In this document: positions 63,280 through 64,000 of the stretch, one piece after another | Numbering within the stretch: the stretch's first letter is position 1 | Layout: each line of letters opens with the position of its first letter | DNA from: Candidatus Woesearchaeota archaeon | Lineage (GTDB): Archaea; Nanobdellota; Nanobdellia; Woesearchaeales; UBA583 | DNA: 64,000 nucleotides | Reading direction: 5' to 3' | Assembly (NCBI GenBank): GCA_965205335.1 | Contig: OZ242164.1 | Coordinates: forward strand, 1,120,001-1,184,000 | Made by a program: the position numbers and the translations under genes | The notes under the pieces: generated by a model | The model's input: the letters and a program-made list of their open reading frames with translations, nothing else | What the model was told of the DNA's origin: nothing | The model's database searches: none

Positions 63280-63575
63280 GTGAAGCAGGTTGGTCAATAG
63301 CATTGGGGATTCTGGTATTTTTAATTGCAATCATATTTGCCGCAATATACTACTTCCGATACAAAAGAATCTACTTAGTAATACTTATCACATCAATTGC
63401 AACATATATATTTGCAGTATTTTACACATGGGAGGTTTTTGAATTAAACACAAACTGGATACTCCTTATGCTTGTTATGTCCACAATTATTATGACACTT
63501 TTAGGGAGATATTTCTCTAAAATCAGATTAGTACCTGACAAAGCGCATACAACCTTAAAAGAAAAGGAAAAATGA
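63276..63575 (+). CDS. small three-TM membrane protein
   Basis: Hydrophobic 99-aa ORF, translationally coupled on both sides. Confidence 0.7.
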   Translation: MSEAGWSIALGILVFLIAIIFAAIYYFRYKRIYLVILITSIATYIFAVFYTWEVFELNTNWILLMLVMSTIIMTLLGRYFSKIRLVPDKAHTTLKEKEK

Positions 63576-64000
63576 CTGAAAATGAAAATAATAGAGGCAC
63601 TCTCTATCTCATATTAATAGGGGTTTTAATCTTGGTTTTTATCGGACTCTTATTTCTATCATCGCCAGATAACACAAGTATTAAATATAAATTTGAAGAT
63701 GCAATAGTTGTTTCAGACATCTCTTCATTTACCGCCCAAATTGGAAATGTTAATGTGAAAAACTACAATATCCTGCCAGCAAAAATTGAACTCAAAGATT
63801 TAGTTGCATGTGTATTTGACGATAACTTTGATGGTAATTTGGATGTTACATACGGAGCAGTGAGAAATTATTATTATAATAAACATTTTATTGAATTAAA
63901 ATCAAAAGAAGAAAAGTCAATTTCAATTATTCTTGAAAATATGAAATATTATAAAGAAACAGAACCTAATAATAAAGGAAATTTTAAACTGTATTTATTT
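63572..64000 (+). CDS. membrane-anchored hypothetical protein (partial)
   Basis: MTENENNRGTLYLILIGVLIL...; reads open toward the window end. Confidence 0.7.
   Translation, partial: MTENENNRGTLYLILIGVLILVFIGLLFLSSPDNTSIKYKFEDAIVVSDISSFTAQIGNVNVKNYNILPAKIELKDLVACVFDDNFDGNLDVTYGAVRNYYYNKHFIELKSKEEKSISIILENMKYYKETEPNNKGNFKLYLF

Overview
AT-rich chromosomal segment of an archaeon, most consistent with a DPANN lineage (Woesearchaeota/Nanoarchaeota-like). The assignment rests on archaeal informational genes (Cbf5, Rpo7/Spt4, Rpp21/Rpp30, aIF2-alpha, eS6/eL31/eS19/eL33/uL16, MCM, RFC-L, RadA, PAN, XerA, FtsZ) mixed with bacterial-type genes (thyA, lgt, dnaK, uvrA). The window also holds 2 tRNAs and a stand-alone 5S rRNA. 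Accessory content: an AAA-ATPase/RloB pair with a frameshift, HxsB/HxsD-like radical SAM genes, a Cys-rich thrombospondin-repeat surface protein, a 1940-aa FN3/cadherin/LRR adhesin with a C12 tract, two orphan Cache proteins, RM and DUF285 remnants, an IS481-like relic and three MITEs with target-site duplications. The most striking structure lies downstream of xerA: its last 24 codons recur 939 bp later with 8 differences, all synonymous, and each copy heads a homologous unit carrying a strongly diverged paralogous gene. A strand-composition switch near 24.2 kb suggests a replication terminus. No CRISPR array was seen. All family calls are from motif recognition by eye; no searches were run.
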